A stretch of 56,268 nt of DNA from Gammaproteobacteria bacterium (GCA_016874535.1 VGUA01000001.1:107188-163455); one strand, 5' to 3'; counted from the first letter of the stretch, positions 37,364-47,664 are shown. Numbers and translations are program-made. The notes: generated by a model from the sequence alone, not told the origin.

Positions 37364-37800
37364 TGAGGAGTGCGCGCATGCCGTGGATGCGATGGGCCTT
37401 GATCCTGCTGATGCTGCTCTCTGCCGGCTGTGCTTCCATCGTCTCTCCGGGTGAGGAAAAACGTGGACGCGCGCTCTTTGAGGCCACGGATACCTACCGC
37501 AAGCTTTTCCGTTGGGGACAGTACGAACAGGCGGCGCAGTACCTGCGCGGCAAGGGCGAGGAAAAAATTGCCGCACCCGATCTCGAACGCATGCAGCGCT
37601 ATCGGGTGGTGGGATATCACCAGGCGGATCAAATTGCGAGCGCCGAAGGCACCGAGGTGCGGGCCATCGTGCTGATCGAGTACTACGAGATTGACTCGGG
37701 CGTCACCAAGACCGTGCGCGACGAGCAGTACTGGTGGTATGAGGAAACGGAGAAACGCTGGTTTCTGGGCACGCCCATGCCGGTCTTCGGCCGGCGCTGA
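37360..37800 (+). CDS. Hypothetical lipoprotein
   Basis: Hydrophobic leader with lipobox LSAGC. ATGA overlap with folK. Confidence 0.7.
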   Translation: MMRSARMPWMRWALILLMLLSAGCASIVSPGEEKRGRALFEATDTYRKLFRWGQYEQAAQYLRGKGEEKIAAPDLERMQRYRVVGYHQADQIASAEGTEVRAIVLIEYYEIDSGVTKTVRDEQYWWYEETEKRWFLGTPMPVFGRR

Positions 37801-37845
37801 GTCTGCTGAAACCAGAGGCTCAGGCCAGGGGCTCCATCCCGGGGC

Positions 37846-38598
37846 TCAATCGAAGATCGAGCGTCCCCCGTCCACGTTCATCACTTGGCCGGTGATATAG
37901 GGCGCATCGAGCAGATAGCACACGGCGCGCGAGATATCTTCCAGACTGCCGAGCCGCCCCAGCGGGGTCTTCGCGAGTATCGCCTGCTGATCCGCGCCGG
38001 AAGTTTCCGTGCTCCACAGGATGGCCCCGGGCGCAATGGCATTCACGCGAATGGCAGGCGCAAGTTCACGGGCCAGCGCCCGCGTGAGGCCAACGAGCCC
38101 CGCCTTGGCCGCACAGTAGATGGCGAAGCGCGGCTTGGGCCGCTCTGCATACACATCCACGATATTGATGAGGTTGCCGCCTTGCGCCTGCAACAGCGGC
38201 AGCGCCGCCTGCGCCAGAAAGTAAGGCGCGCGCAGGTTCACGTTGTTCATTTCGTCCCATTGCTCCACCGTGCTCTCGGCGAGCGGGGTGGGATGGAACA
38301 GTGCCGCGTTGTTGATGAGCACATCGAGCCGTCCCCAGTGGGTGCGGATGGCCTCGATGATTTTTGCAGGTGTTGCGGCATCGGCGAGATCGCCCTCAAC
38401 CTGCAGGGTGGAACCGGGACGTGTGGATTCCAGCCCCGCGCACAGGGCACGCGCAGCCTCCGCGGATTGACGATAATGCACCACCACCCGCATGCCGCGG
38501 GCGTGCAGGGTGGAAACGATGTGCGCACCCAGCCGCTGGCTGGAGCCGGTGACCAGTGCAACAGGGGCGTCAACTGCGGTGTGCGTTGGCGAGGACAT
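37846..38598 (-). CDS. Pteridine reductase (FolM-like SDR)
   Basis: ALVTGSSQRLG, INNAA, NIVD, YCAAK and RVNAIAPG. Adjacent to folB/folK. Confidence 0.88.
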   Translation of the reverse strand: MSSPTHTAVDAPVALVTGSSQRLGAHIVSTLHARGMRVVVHYRQSAEAARALCAGLESTRPGSTLQVEGDLADAATPAKIIEAIRTHWGRLDVLINNAALFHPTPLAESTVEQWDEMNNVNLRAPYFLAQAALPLLQAQGGNLINIVDVYAERPKPRFAIYCAAKAGLVGLTRALARELAPAIRVNAIAPGAILWSTETSGADQQAILAKTPLGRLGSLEDISRAVCYLLDAPYITGQVMNVDGGRSIFD

Positions 38599-38621
38599 GA
38601 ATGGGCGTCCGTGAATAGACC

Positions 38622-39803
38622 ATGAAACTCGAAACGAGATTACCTGATCCGGGCCCGGAGGAGACAGCGGTTTCCGCACGCCTGCTCGCGCGCATCCAGC
38701 AAGAAATACACGCGGCAGAGGGCTTTCTGCCGTTTGATCGTTTCATGGAGCTCGCGCTCTACGCGCCGGACCTCGGCTATTACGTGGCGGGCGCGCACAA
38801 GTTCGGGCGTGAAGGCGACTTTGTCACCGCGCCCGAGCTGTCTCCGTTGTTCGGTGCCTGCCTCGCGCGGCAATGTGCCGCCGTGCTGCAGGCAGGCGGC
38901 GAAGGCATCATCGAATTTGGCGGCGGCAGTGGTCGCCTTGCCCTCAGTGTGATGCAGGCTTTGCACAACTTGGGTCAGCATGACTTCCGCTATGCCATTG
39001 TGGAACTCAGTCCTGAACTCCGCGCGCGGCAACGGGATCTCATTGCGCGTGAAGCGCCCGAACTGCTCGCGCATCTCGAATGGTGGCAGGGGCCGCCGGC
39101 AACGCCTTGGCATGCCACCGTGCTGGCGAATGAAATCCTCGATGCGATTCCCGTCTCCTGCTTCAGCCTTGACGAGGGAGCCATCCTCGAGCGCGGTGTT
39201 GGCGTGGAGGTTGCGGGCACCCTCACCTGGCGCACGCGCGCGGCGCCCGCTGCGCTCGCCTCGGCCGTCGAAGCGGTGCTGCCTCTGGCGCCTGCGGACT
39301 ATCCGCCCGAGTGGGGCTCGGAGATCGCCCTGCGTCTGCCGGCTTTCATGGCCGATTTGAGTCGTTTCGTGGCGCGCGGCGCCGTGGTGCTGGCCGACTA
39401 CGGCTATCCGCGGGCGGAGTTCTATCACCCGGATCGCGCCCAAGGCACTTTGCAGTGCTACTACCGTCATCGCGTGCATGCTGATCCGCTGTGGATGCCA
39501 GGTATCCAGGACATCACGGCGGCGGTTGATTTCACCGCGGTGGCCGAGGCCGCGCATGAGGCCGGATGGACCATCGCGGGGTTTGCCGAACAGGCGCAAT
39601 ATCTGATGGCCTGTGGCATCACGGATCTGCTGACCGCACGCATGCAGGCCTCACCGGAAGAGGCCGAACGCACGGCGCGGGCCGTGAAACGCCTGCTGCT
39701 GCCCCAGGAGATGGGAACCCGTGTGAAGATGATGACTCTCACCCGGGACTACACCGGCGCGGTGCCCGGCTACGACCTGCGTGATGCGCGCCACCGTCTC
39801 TGA
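38622..39803 (+). CDS. SAM-dependent methyltransferase, MidA/NDUFAF7 family
   Basis: FMELALYAPDLGYY, GDFVTAPELS, EFGGGSGRLA, ANEILDA, DYG and QDITAAVDFT. Confidence 0.9.
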   Translation: MKLETRLPDPGPEETAVSARLLARIQQEIHAAEGFLPFDRFMELALYAPDLGYYVAGAHKFGREGDFVTAPELSPLFGACLARQCAAVLQAGGEGIIEFGGGSGRLALSVMQALHNLGQHDFRYAIVELSPELRARQRDLIAREAPELLAHLEWWQGPPATPWHATVLANEILDAIPVSCFSLDEGAILERGVGVEVAGTLTWRTRAAPAALASAVEAVLPLAPADYPPEWGSEIALRLPAFMADLSRFVARGAVVLADYGYPRAEFYHPDRAQGTLQCYYRHRVHADPLWMPGIQDITAAVDFTAVAEAAHEAGWTIAGFAEQAQYLMACGITDLLTARMQASPEEAERTARAVKRLLLPQEMGTRVKMMTLTRDYTGAVPGYDLRDARHRL

Positions 39804-39834
39804 TGCTCGAACCGTCACATTCCCCGAAGGAGGC

Positions 39835-40488
39835 ATGATGAATCCTGAAAGACGCTGGCTGCTGGCCCTGTTGTGCAGTCTGGCCACGGGCATGGCTATT
39901 GGCCCTGCGCTGGCGGCGGACGATTCCAAGGCGATGGCACCTTTGCCCAAACCGGCTGCCGGCCAGCAGGTGGCGACCTTCGCGGGTGGCTGCTTCTGGT
40001 GCATAGAGCAGCCTTTCGATGAATTGCCCGGCGTGCTGGCCACCACTTCGGGTTACATCGGCGGCACCGTGGCCAATCCCACCTATGACCAGGTGACCTA
40101 CGAGGACACCGGGCACGCCGAAGCGGTGCAGGTGTTGTTCGACCCCGCCCAGATCAGTTACGAGCGCCTGCTGGAAGTGTTCTGGCGCAACATCGACCCC
40201 ACCACGCTTGATGCACAGTTTTGTGACATGGGGGCGCAGTACCGCACCGAGATCTTCTTCCATGACGCGGCCCAGAAAGCCGCTGCCCTCGCCAGCCGCG
40301 AGGCCTTGCAGCGTGCCAAGCCCTTTGCTGGTGCAATCGTCACCCGCATCACGGCGGCCGGTGAGTTCTACCCCGCGGAGAACTATCACCAGGACTACTA
40401 CGTGAAGAATCCCGTGCGCTACAAGTACTACCGTTATCGCTGTGGCCGCGACGAGCGCCTGCAGGAATTGTGGGGCAAGGGCACTTGA
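39835..40488 (+). CDS. msrA: Peptide-methionine (S)-S-oxide reductase with N-terminal export signal
   Basis: FAGGCFWC, GHAEAVQ and FYPAENYHQDYY. GGAGG RBS. Confidence 0.93.
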   Translation: MMNPERRWLLALLCSLATGMAIGPALAADDSKAMAPLPKPAAGQQVATFAGGCFWCIEQPFDELPGVLATTSGYIGGTVANPTYDQVTYEDTGHAEAVQVLFDPAQISYERLLEVFWRNIDPTTLDAQFCDMGAQYRTEIFFHDAAQKAAALASREALQRAKPFAGAIVTRITAAGEFYPAENYHQDYYVKNPVRYKYYRYRCGRDERLQELWGKGT

Positions 40489-40547
40489 TCATGTGATAAT
40501 CGAACCCTGCAATCTCTGCCCCACAATCGCGGAAAAGGAGAGCCCGA

Positions 40548-41477
40548 ATGCCTGGAGCGGAAAAGGAAGTCGGCACTGCACCGCAGGGTGTGGCCCAGGG
40601 AGTAGTGATGCTCGCCGACATCGTTGGCAGCACGGCCCTGTATGAATCGTGCGGTGACACCCGGGCACGGACATTCCTCGCCGAAGTGATTCAAGCCATG
40701 ACCGGAATCATTACCGAACAGGGTGGCAGGGTTGTTGCCGAATTCGGTGATGAACTCATGTGCATCTTCCCGGACCCTCGTCTCGCTGCCGTGGCGGCCT
40801 GCGCCCTGCACGAGAACATCAGTCACGGCTACCAGGTGCCGGGTGCCGATGAGCGCCAGCGCCTGCACATCGGCATGCATTTTGGGGATCTGCCCGAAGG
40901 TGAACCGGACATGCTGGGCGAAGTGGTGCGGCTCGCGCGGTGGGCGGCGATGCACGCCAAACCCGACCAGACGCTGGTGACTGCGGAGGTGATCGAGCGT
41001 CTGCCGCCGATGTTCCGGGCGGTGTCACGCTATATCGATGACGAAACCTGGGATGCCGAGGGCGATGCCCGCGTTGCCCTGTTCGAGATCATCTGGGATG
41101 TGGATGCCGCGACCGTCGCGGGGCTGCCCGCTGGCCTGCCGCCCAAAGGTCCTTACGTCTCGGTGCGCCTTGAGCATGATGGGCGCCGCATCCGTCTGGA
41201 TGCCGAGCATCCGGTGCTCTCCGTGGGGCGCCATCCCGGCAATGATCTGGTGATTTCGCATGAGCTGGTGTCGCGCCAGCATTTCACGCTGCAGTTCGGT
41301 CGGGGTCGATGCACGATTACCGATCGCAGCACCAATGGCATCACTGTGATCGCGGCAGTCGAGAAACCACAACTGCTCCAGCACGACACGGCAGTGCTCG
41401 CAGAGCGCGGGCAGATTCATATCGGTCACAAGCCGGATCAGACGCCGGCGGTGGTGCTCACCTGGGTGTGCGAATAA
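40548..41477 (+). CDS. Class III nucleotide cyclase-like domain plus FHA domain protein
   Basis: LADIVGST, FGDELM and HIGMHFG, then FHA motifs VGR, VSRQH and DRSTNG. Confidence 0.82.
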   Translation: MPGAEKEVGTAPQGVAQGVVMLADIVGSTALYESCGDTRARTFLAEVIQAMTGIITEQGGRVVAEFGDELMCIFPDPRLAAVAACALHENISHGYQVPGADERQRLHIGMHFGDLPEGEPDMLGEVVRLARWAAMHAKPDQTLVTAEVIERLPPMFRAVSRYIDDETWDAEGDARVALFEIIWDVDAATVAGLPAGLPPKGPYVSVRLEHDGRRIRLDAEHPVLSVGRHPGNDLVISHELVSRQHFTLQFGRGRCTITDRSTNGITVIAAVEKPQLLQHDTAVLAERGQIHIGHKPDQTPAVVLTWVCE

Positions 41478-41515
41478 AGGCGCTCGCGCGGCCTGCATTA
41501 GTCGCCTTTGCCCTG

Positions 41516-42688
41516 TCAGCCGGCTTCCAGGTGCAACACCGCCTGCACCCTCGCGGCGTGCAGGGCGGCCTTGATGCGCGCGCCATCCTTGCTGGCGAGC
41601 ACTGCGGCGTCTGGCTTCACTTCACGACACGCTGCGAGCGCGCGGGCAATGCGGACCGCTGGCGCGTAGTCTGGCAAGACGGGCGCACGGGTATCCACCG
41701 CACACGCACGTAACACTTCCTCCAGTCGCTCGGGCCGACGGAAACCGTCCACGCGCTCGAGCAGCGTCACCACCGCCTCCGCTTCCAAGGCGCAGGCTGA
41801 GCGAATCACCTGCTGCTCGCGCACCAGCGCCAGCGCCGTTTCGGTGAGCGCGACGGGGGCACGCCGGCGCTGGCAGAGACGTTCAGTCTGCTGGAAGGCG
41901 TGCCCATCTTGGGTTGCATCATCCACAGGCGTCTGCGCCAGCAGTGCGAAGCGCACCGGGAGCGGGAGTTCGGCTTCTGCGGCGCGCTCGAGGTTTTCCA
42001 GCAGATGCTCGCCCGCATCCACTGCGGACTGATCGGGCAGCAGCCGGGGCCGGCCGAAGAGTGCGGCGAGTTCCGGCAACAGGGGCGCGAGCGCGCCACA
42101 GGCTCTCAGCACTTCGACGAAGCGCTCGGGATGGGTCTCCATCAAGGCGCGTTCGAGTTCGCGCCACACTCGCTCCGGAGACAAAGTAAGCAGCTCGCCA
42201 CTGTCTGCCAGCTGCTGCATCAGAGCCAAGGTTTCCGGCGCGATGCGGAAATCGAAGCGTGCCGCGAAGCGCGCCACGCGCAGCACCCGCAGCGGATCTT
42301 CCGCAAAGGCAGGCGTGATGTGGCGCAATACCCCGGCGGCCAGATCCTGTTGTCCGCCATAAGGGTCGTGGAGGTTTCCCTGCTCATCGCGCGCCATCGC
42401 ATTAATGGTCACATCGCGTCGCGCGAGATCTTCTTCCAGGGTGACCGTGGCACCTGTATCGAAGGCAAAGCCGCGATAACCCTGGCCCTGCTTGCGCTCG
42501 AGTCGTGCGAGCGCGTATTCCTCGTGTGTGTCCGGATGCAGGAAGACCGGGAAATCACGGCCCACCTGGCGATAGCCGAGGGCGAGCATTGCTTCCGGGC
42601 TGCCCCCCACCACCACCCAGTCGCGATCCGCGACCGGCCTGCCCAGCAGGCGGTCCCGCACCGCGCCGCCCACTTCGTAGATTTTCAT
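41516..42688 (-). CDS. cca: tRNA nucleotidyltransferase (CCA-adding enzyme)
   Basis: MKIYEVGGAVRDRLLG, DRDWVVVG, DLARRDVTINAMA and EDPLRVLRVARF. Confidence 0.93.
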   Translation of the reverse strand: MKIYEVGGAVRDRLLGRPVADRDWVVVGGSPEAMLALGYRQVGRDFPVFLHPDTHEEYALARLERKQGQGYRGFAFDTGATVTLEEDLARRDVTINAMARDEQGNLHDPYGGQQDLAAGVLRHITPAFAEDPLRVLRVARFAARFDFRIAPETLALMQQLADSGELLTLSPERVWRELERALMETHPERFVEVLRACGALAPLLPELAALFGRPRLLPDQSAVDAGEHLLENLERAAEAELPLPVRFALLAQTPVDDATQDGHAFQQTERLCQRRRAPVALTETALALVREQQVIRSACALEAEAVVTLLERVDGFRRPERLEEVLRACAVDTRAPVLPDYAPAVRIARALAACREVKPDAAVLASKDGARIKAALHAARVQAVLHLEAG

Positions 42689-42731
42689 CCGCGCAGGGGG
42701 TTCATGAATCGTCTGCGGGCTTGCGTGGGAG

Positions 42732-43703
42732 TCAGCGCTGCGCGCTGCGCCGCTTCGCGCTGTAGTCGCGGGCGCGTCGGCTGGGTTTGAGGAGCGCAGG
42801 GACGATGGAGTCGATAGGGGTGGCCGTGATGCCGAGCGCGGCGAGGCCATCTTCACCCTGAACGACGGAATCGCGTTTCAGCGAGCGCCAGTTGTCGCGC
42901 GAGAAAGGCTTGCCCGGCAGATGCTCGCAGACTTCCGCCTGTAACCGCCCGGCCCAGGCAGGCAGGCCAATGACCGGGCAGGCGTGGCCGCTGGTGCGCG
43001 CGGTGTATTCCACGAGGCGACCCAAGGTCCAGACTTCCGGCCCACCCAATTCGAACACACTGCCGCTCGCCAGCTGATCGTTGCCGAGAATGCGCAGAAT
43101 GGCCTCTGTCACATCGCCGACGAATACCGGCTGCATGCGCGCGCCGGCACCTGCCAAGGGCAGGAAGGGCAGCCAAGTCACCAGCGGCAGGAAGCGCCCG
43201 AAGAGGCCATCGCCCGGCCCGAAGATCACGGAGGGTCTAACGATTGCCGTGCGCAGGGTGCGCGTCTCGAGCACGCGCTGCTCGGCCTCGCCCTTGCTGC
43301 GCAGATAGTGGCTGGGGCCTTCGGGATCTGCATTGAGCGCACTCACCTGCACGAAGCGCGACACACCGGCTGCTTCCGCCGCCGCGAGCGCGGAGACCGT
43401 GGCGTCCACATGCGCGCGCCGGAAGCCGCGTCCGCTGTCGCCTTTCTCGTTGAGGATGCCGATGAGATTGACCAGGGCTTCGCAGCCACGCAGCGCCGTG
43501 GCGAGCGCGGCTCGGTCGTGCACCTCCACGGCCTCGCAACGGGCATCGGGCAGCAGCCACAGAGGTTTTGCGTGTTCCAGGCGACGGGTGAGGATGCGGG
43601 TGCGAAATCCGGCGGCTTGCAGGCGACTGGCGAGCGCCTGGCCGACGAAGCCGCTGCCACCGAGCAGCGCAACCGTGCGTAGAGGGGCGGGAGATTTCAA
43701 CAT
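42732..43703 (-). CDS. NAD(P)-dependent epimerase, NDUFA9-like family
   Basis: GGSGFVG, VNLIGILNE, YLRSKGEAE, RPSVIFG and QPVFVGDV. Confidence 0.9.
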   Translation of the reverse strand: MLKSPAPLRTVALLGGSGFVGQALASRLQAAGFRTRILTRRLEHAKPLWLLPDARCEAVEVHDRAALATALRGCEALVNLIGILNEKGDSGRGFRRAHVDATVSALAAAEAAGVSRFVQVSALNADPEGPSHYLRSKGEAEQRVLETRTLRTAIVRPSVIFGPGDGLFGRFLPLVTWLPFLPLAGAGARMQPVFVGDVTEAILRILGNDQLASGSVFELGGPEVWTLGRLVEYTARTSGHACPVIGLPAWAGRLQAEVCEHLPGKPFSRDNWRSLKRDSVVQGEDGLAALGITATPIDSIVPALLKPSRRARDYSAKRRSAQR

Positions 43704-45631
43704 GTGGTACTGGCAGATCCAAAGCGTGTCATGTCGGCCATTCTGGAGCCGAGCGGGCTCACAGTCACGCCGAGCCGGAATTCATAGACCGCCGCGTAAA
43801 AGAGGGCACGGCGCACGTAGCCCTCGGTTTCGAGGAAGGGCAGGGTGTCCACCCAGACGTCCTCCGGCGTGCAGGCCGCGTTCTTCAACCAGGCTTTCAC
43901 GCGACTGGGCCCTGCGTTGTAGGCCGCGGCTGCCAGCGGAAAATAACCGCCGAACTGCCGCAGCACCTGGCGCAAGTACTCGCTGCCGATGGCGATGTTT
44001 GTGTCCACCTGGGTGATCTCTGCATTGGAACGCAGCCGCAGCCCAATCTGTCGTGCCGTGGCATTGGCCGTAGCCGGCATCACCTGCATCAGGCCCAGGG
44101 CGCCCACCGGTGAGCGGGCATCGGTGACGAAAGCGCTCTCGCCGCGGATGATGGCGTAGATGAGCGCCGGCGGCAGACCCCGCGCCTCGGCGAATTTCGT
44201 GACCAGTGATTTGTGCAGCAAGGGAAAGCGCAAATCGAGATCGTCATAACTCTGCATCTGTCCCAGCATGAGGATGGCCTGCGCGTGCCAGCCCCATTCG
44301 TAGATCAGCGCCGCGCCGACTTCCTGCTCACGACGTGGCCGGCCTTCCAGCTCGAAGGCAATCTCGTTGCGTGCCTCACCCGGCCGGTTCAGCTGGTAGA
44401 ACTCGCGTGCACGCTGCAGGCCTCCGGATTCGCCAATGCCGCGTCGCTCTTCGGCCGTCGGACGTATCGGCTTGTGCGTCATCGCATAGGGCACGCCCGC
44501 GCGATCACTCGCCATGAATCCGTAGTAGTCGCGTTCGGTCGCCAGTTCGCGAAAAGTCGTGAGTGAGGCCTCCTGCTGCCCGGTCTCGCCCAAGGCGCGT
44601 GCATGCCAGTAGCGCCAGCGCAAGGCATTGGTGGTGGCGCCGCGCGGCGGTCCCGCCGTCCACACCACCAGATCCTGCCAAGCGCGTGCCCTCAGGCCTT
44701 CGCGCAGGCGGAAGCGCTCCACGGCATCGTCCACGCCGGCATCGTTCACGTCCCGCAGGTAATCGAGGCGCTGTGGATGAGTCGCGGCCACCGCTGCCAC
44801 CGCCAGTTCGCGCTGAACCACGCCGGCCTGGGCGGGGGTGAAGGGATATTTGTCCCGCACCTGGCGCCACGCGAGGGTCGCACTCGCCAGCCCCTGGTGG
44901 GCGTAGCGTCCGAGACCATGCGCGATGACATCGCGCAGCTGCAGGCTGTCCGGCTTGCCGGCAGTGAGTTTGAGGGTCTGGGAGGGCGTGCCGTGCACCT
45001 TGTGCAGCAGGTCGGCGAGCACGCGATCCGATGGGGCCGCGTAGTTCTTGGCAATAACCACGGCAAGACTGGTGTTGCCGCCCTTGGCCGCGAGCATCAC
45101 CCGCTGCCAGACCAGCGCATCCGTGAGTGCGCCGCGAGTGCGCAGGATTTCAAAGACGGCATTGCAGCCCGGGGCCTGTGATTTGCCCGTCAGCCACAAT
45201 TCAAGGCCTGCCTTGACGGCTCGCGGCTTGTTGCCGCCATCGAGATCCCGGCGCAGGGCGTGGCAGCGCAACTCGGGATCGCTTTGCGGTGTGTAGTCCT
45301 CGTTGAAGAGATCGAATCGGCCCTGGCGCGCAGCTTCGCGCAACCAGTCGGTGCGCAGGCGCTCGGCCGGCAGGCTGCCCGCATGGGCCGCCAGAAACGC
45401 CCGCACCTCCTGCGCCGGCAGGGCGCGCAGCTTGCGTTTCAGGGGGTGATAGCTGAGCCAAGGCGTAAGCGGATAGCCGCGCAGCGCGGTCAGCGTCTCG
45501 GCACGCGGCGTGGCGCCCTTGAGGACTTCCCGATACTTCGCTTCAAATAGGGCTCGCTGCCTGGCCAGATCATCGGCCATGGCCGCGAGAGTGAAACCGC
45601 AGAGTGCGGCAAGTAACAGGAATCGCTTCAT
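43697..45631 (-). CDS. slt: Soluble lytic murein transglycosylase (Slt70-like)
   Basis: Signal peptide MKRFLLLAALCGFTLAAMA, RDYYGF, IIRGESAF, GALGLMQVMPATA, AAYNAGP and ETEGYV. Confidence 0.9.
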   Translation of the reverse strand: MKRFLLLAALCGFTLAAMADDLARQRALFEAKYREVLKGATPRAETLTALRGYPLTPWLSYHPLKRKLRALPAQEVRAFLAAHAGSLPAERLRTDWLREAARQGRFDLFNEDYTPQSDPELRCHALRRDLDGGNKPRAVKAGLELWLTGKSQAPGCNAVFEILRTRGALTDALVWQRVMLAAKGGNTSLAVVIAKNYAAPSDRVLADLLHKVHGTPSQTLKLTAGKPDSLQLRDVIAHGLGRYAHQGLASATLAWRQVRDKYPFTPAQAGVVQRELAVAAVAATHPQRLDYLRDVNDAGVDDAVERFRLREGLRARAWQDLVVWTAGPPRGATTNALRWRYWHARALGETGQQEASLTTFRELATERDYYGFMASDRAGVPYAMTHKPIRPTAEERRGIGESGGLQRAREFYQLNRPGEARNEIAFELEGRPRREQEVGAALIYEWGWHAQAILMLGQMQSYDDLDLRFPLLHKSLVTKFAEARGLPPALIYAIIRGESAFVTDARSPVGALGLMQVMPATANATARQIGLRLRSNAEITQVDTNIAIGSEYLRQVLRQFGGYFPLAAAAYNAGPSRVKAWLKNAACTPEDVWVDTLPFLETEGYVRRALFYAAVYEFRLGVTVSPLGSRMADMTRFGSASTTC

Positions 45632-45731
45632 CGGCACCACGCAGCCAGGATGTCGCAATTTTCACTGCAGCCCGCGATGCTTGCAAATACGAAGCCTGCA
45701 GGCCGCAGGGGTATTCGAGGAGAGACCCACA

Positions 45732-46316
45732 ATGTCCGGTGCGTTTGCGGGTGAGCAGTCACCTTCGCCTGTCGTGCTTGCGGCCCTCATCAAGGGGCGG
45801 CGCACGATTCATGATTTCACGTCCGATGCAGTGCCCGAGGCGGCGGTGCTGGAAGCTCTGGAGCTTGCCTGCTGGGTGCCCAACCACCATCGCACCGAAC
45901 CCTGGCGGTTCTATCTTCTGGGCGAGACAGCACGTGCGCAGGTGATCGAACTCAATACCGCGATCGTGCGCGCCAGCAAGGGGGATTCGGCGGCAGAGGC
46001 GAAGCGCAAGCGCTGGAACACCATGCCGGGCTGGCTCGTGCTGACCTGTCAGGTCAATCAGGATTCGGCGCGCGAACGCGAGGACTACGCGGCGTGTTGC
46101 TGTGCGGCCCAGAATCTCGCGTTGGCGCTGTGGGCGCGCGGCATCGGCCTCAAATGGGGCACGGGCAAGGTGATCCGGTCGCCCGCATTTTTGGAGATTC
46201 TGGGCGCCGATGCGGCCGAGGAATTTGCCGTGGGTCTTTTCTGGTACGGCTATCCGGCCGAAGTGCCTGAACAGGTGCGTCGGCCGGTGCGTGAGCTCAC
46301 GCGCATCCTTGCGTGA
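45732..46316 (+). CDS. Nitroreductase family protein (YdjA-like)
   Basis: RRTIHDF, WVPNHHRTEPWRF and EDYAACCCAAQNLALA. Confidence 0.88.
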   Translation: MSGAFAGEQSPSPVVLAALIKGRRTIHDFTSDAVPEAAVLEALELACWVPNHHRTEPWRFYLLGETARAQVIELNTAIVRASKGDSAAEAKRKRWNTMPGWLVLTCQVNQDSAREREDYAACCCAAQNLALALWARGIGLKWGTGKVIRSPAFLEILGADAAEEFAVGLFWYGYPAEVPEQVRRPVRELTRILA

Positions 46317-46335
46317 ATCGCTTCGGCGCGCGGGA

Positions 46336-47460
46336 TCAGCCCACAGCGCCGAGACGGCGCGCCCGCATCACGCGTTGTGAAGCTTCCTCGGTGTCCGGCG
46401 TGTTGCCCGCGACTTCGGGCCAGCCTTGCAGGTTTCTTTCGATCAAGCCGCACAAGGCCTCCACATGCGCCGGTGCCGCGTTCAGCGCCGGGATGTAGCG
46501 CAGATCGGTGCCACCCGCCTCGATGAAGGCCTCACGGTTCTGAATCGCGATTTCTTCCAGCGTCTCCAGACAATCCACCGAAAAGCCCGGGCACACCACA
46601 TCCACGGTGCGCACACCCTGGCGTGCGGTTTCCTGAAGGGTGAGGTCGGCATAGGGCTCGAGCCAGCGCTCGCGCCCGAAGCGCGACTGGAACACGACCT
46701 GCCATTCGTTCGCGGCAAGTCCGAGTTTTTCCGCGACCAGTCTGGCGGTGGCCTGGCAGTGGCAGAAATAGGGATCGCCCTGCATGAAGTAGCGATAGGG
46801 CAGGCCATGGAAGGAAAAGAAGAGCCGGTCCGGACGGCCGGCCTTTGACCAGTGCGCGGTTATCGAATCCGCCAGCGCCGTGATATAGGCCGGTTCGTTG
46901 TGATAGCTGCTGATGAAGCGCAGATCAGGCACCCAGCGCCAGCCTTGCAGCACTGCGGCCACTGCATCGAAAACCGAGCCGGTGGCAGGGCCCGAATACT
47001 GCGGATAAAGCGGCAGCACGAGCACGCGACGTGCCCCGGCAGCGCGCAGCGCCTCCAGGCCTTGCGCGACCGAGGGTTCGCCGTAGCGCATGGCCAGCGC
47101 CACCGCCACGTGATCACCAAACTGCTGCTGCAGGCGCTCGCGTACGGCCGTTTCCTGTGCGCGCGACAGCACCAGCAGGGGCGATCCTTTCTCGGTCCAG
47201 ATCTTGGCGTAGGCATGGGCGGAGCGTCGCGGCCGGATGTTCAGGATGATTCCGTGCAGAATGGAAAGCCACAACCAGCGCGGCAGCTCGATGAGCCTCG
47301 GGTCTGACAGGAACTCCGCCAGGTAACGCCGCAGGGCCTTGGGTGTGGGCGCGGCGGGCGTTCCCAGATTGCACAGGAGCACGCCCACCCGGCTGCCTGC
47401 GGCATGGGAGAACTCTGCCGCATCGGTACCGACGTAGCTGGAACTGGGGGGCTGCTGCAC
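46336..47460 (-). CDS. hemH: Ferrochelatase
   Basis: LLCNLGTP, AMRYGEPS, LPLYPQYS, FSFHGLP, FQSRFG and DCLETLEEI. Confidence 0.96.
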   Translation of the reverse strand: MQQPPSSSYVGTDAAEFSHAAGSRVGVLLCNLGTPAAPTPKALRRYLAEFLSDPRLIELPRWLWLSILHGIILNIRPRRSAHAYAKIWTEKGSPLLVLSRAQETAVRERLQQQFGDHVAVALAMRYGEPSVAQGLEALRAAGARRVLVLPLYPQYSGPATGSVFDAVAAVLQGWRWVPDLRFISSYHNEPAYITALADSITAHWSKAGRPDRLFFSFHGLPYRYFMQGDPYFCHCQATARLVAEKLGLAANEWQVVFQSRFGRERWLEPYADLTLQETARQGVRTVDVVCPGFSVDCLETLEEIAIQNREAFIEAGGTDLRYIPALNAAPAHVEALCGLIERNLQGWPEVAGNTPDTEEASQRVMRARRLGAVG

Positions 47461-47664
47461 GGGAAAATCAGCGGGATTTCAATGATTCGATGTTAACAGG
47501 ATTCATCGCCATGCTGGTCAATTCCACTGCCTGCAGGCGCCGCCTCACCGCGTTCGTCACTCCGCGCTGGATGGCAGCGCATGACGAGCGGCCGGAGTGG
47601 ACGCTCGTGCCGTCGGAAGGCAGAGTACGCCGCCTCCTCCATTCCTGAATAAGGCGGCACCGCC

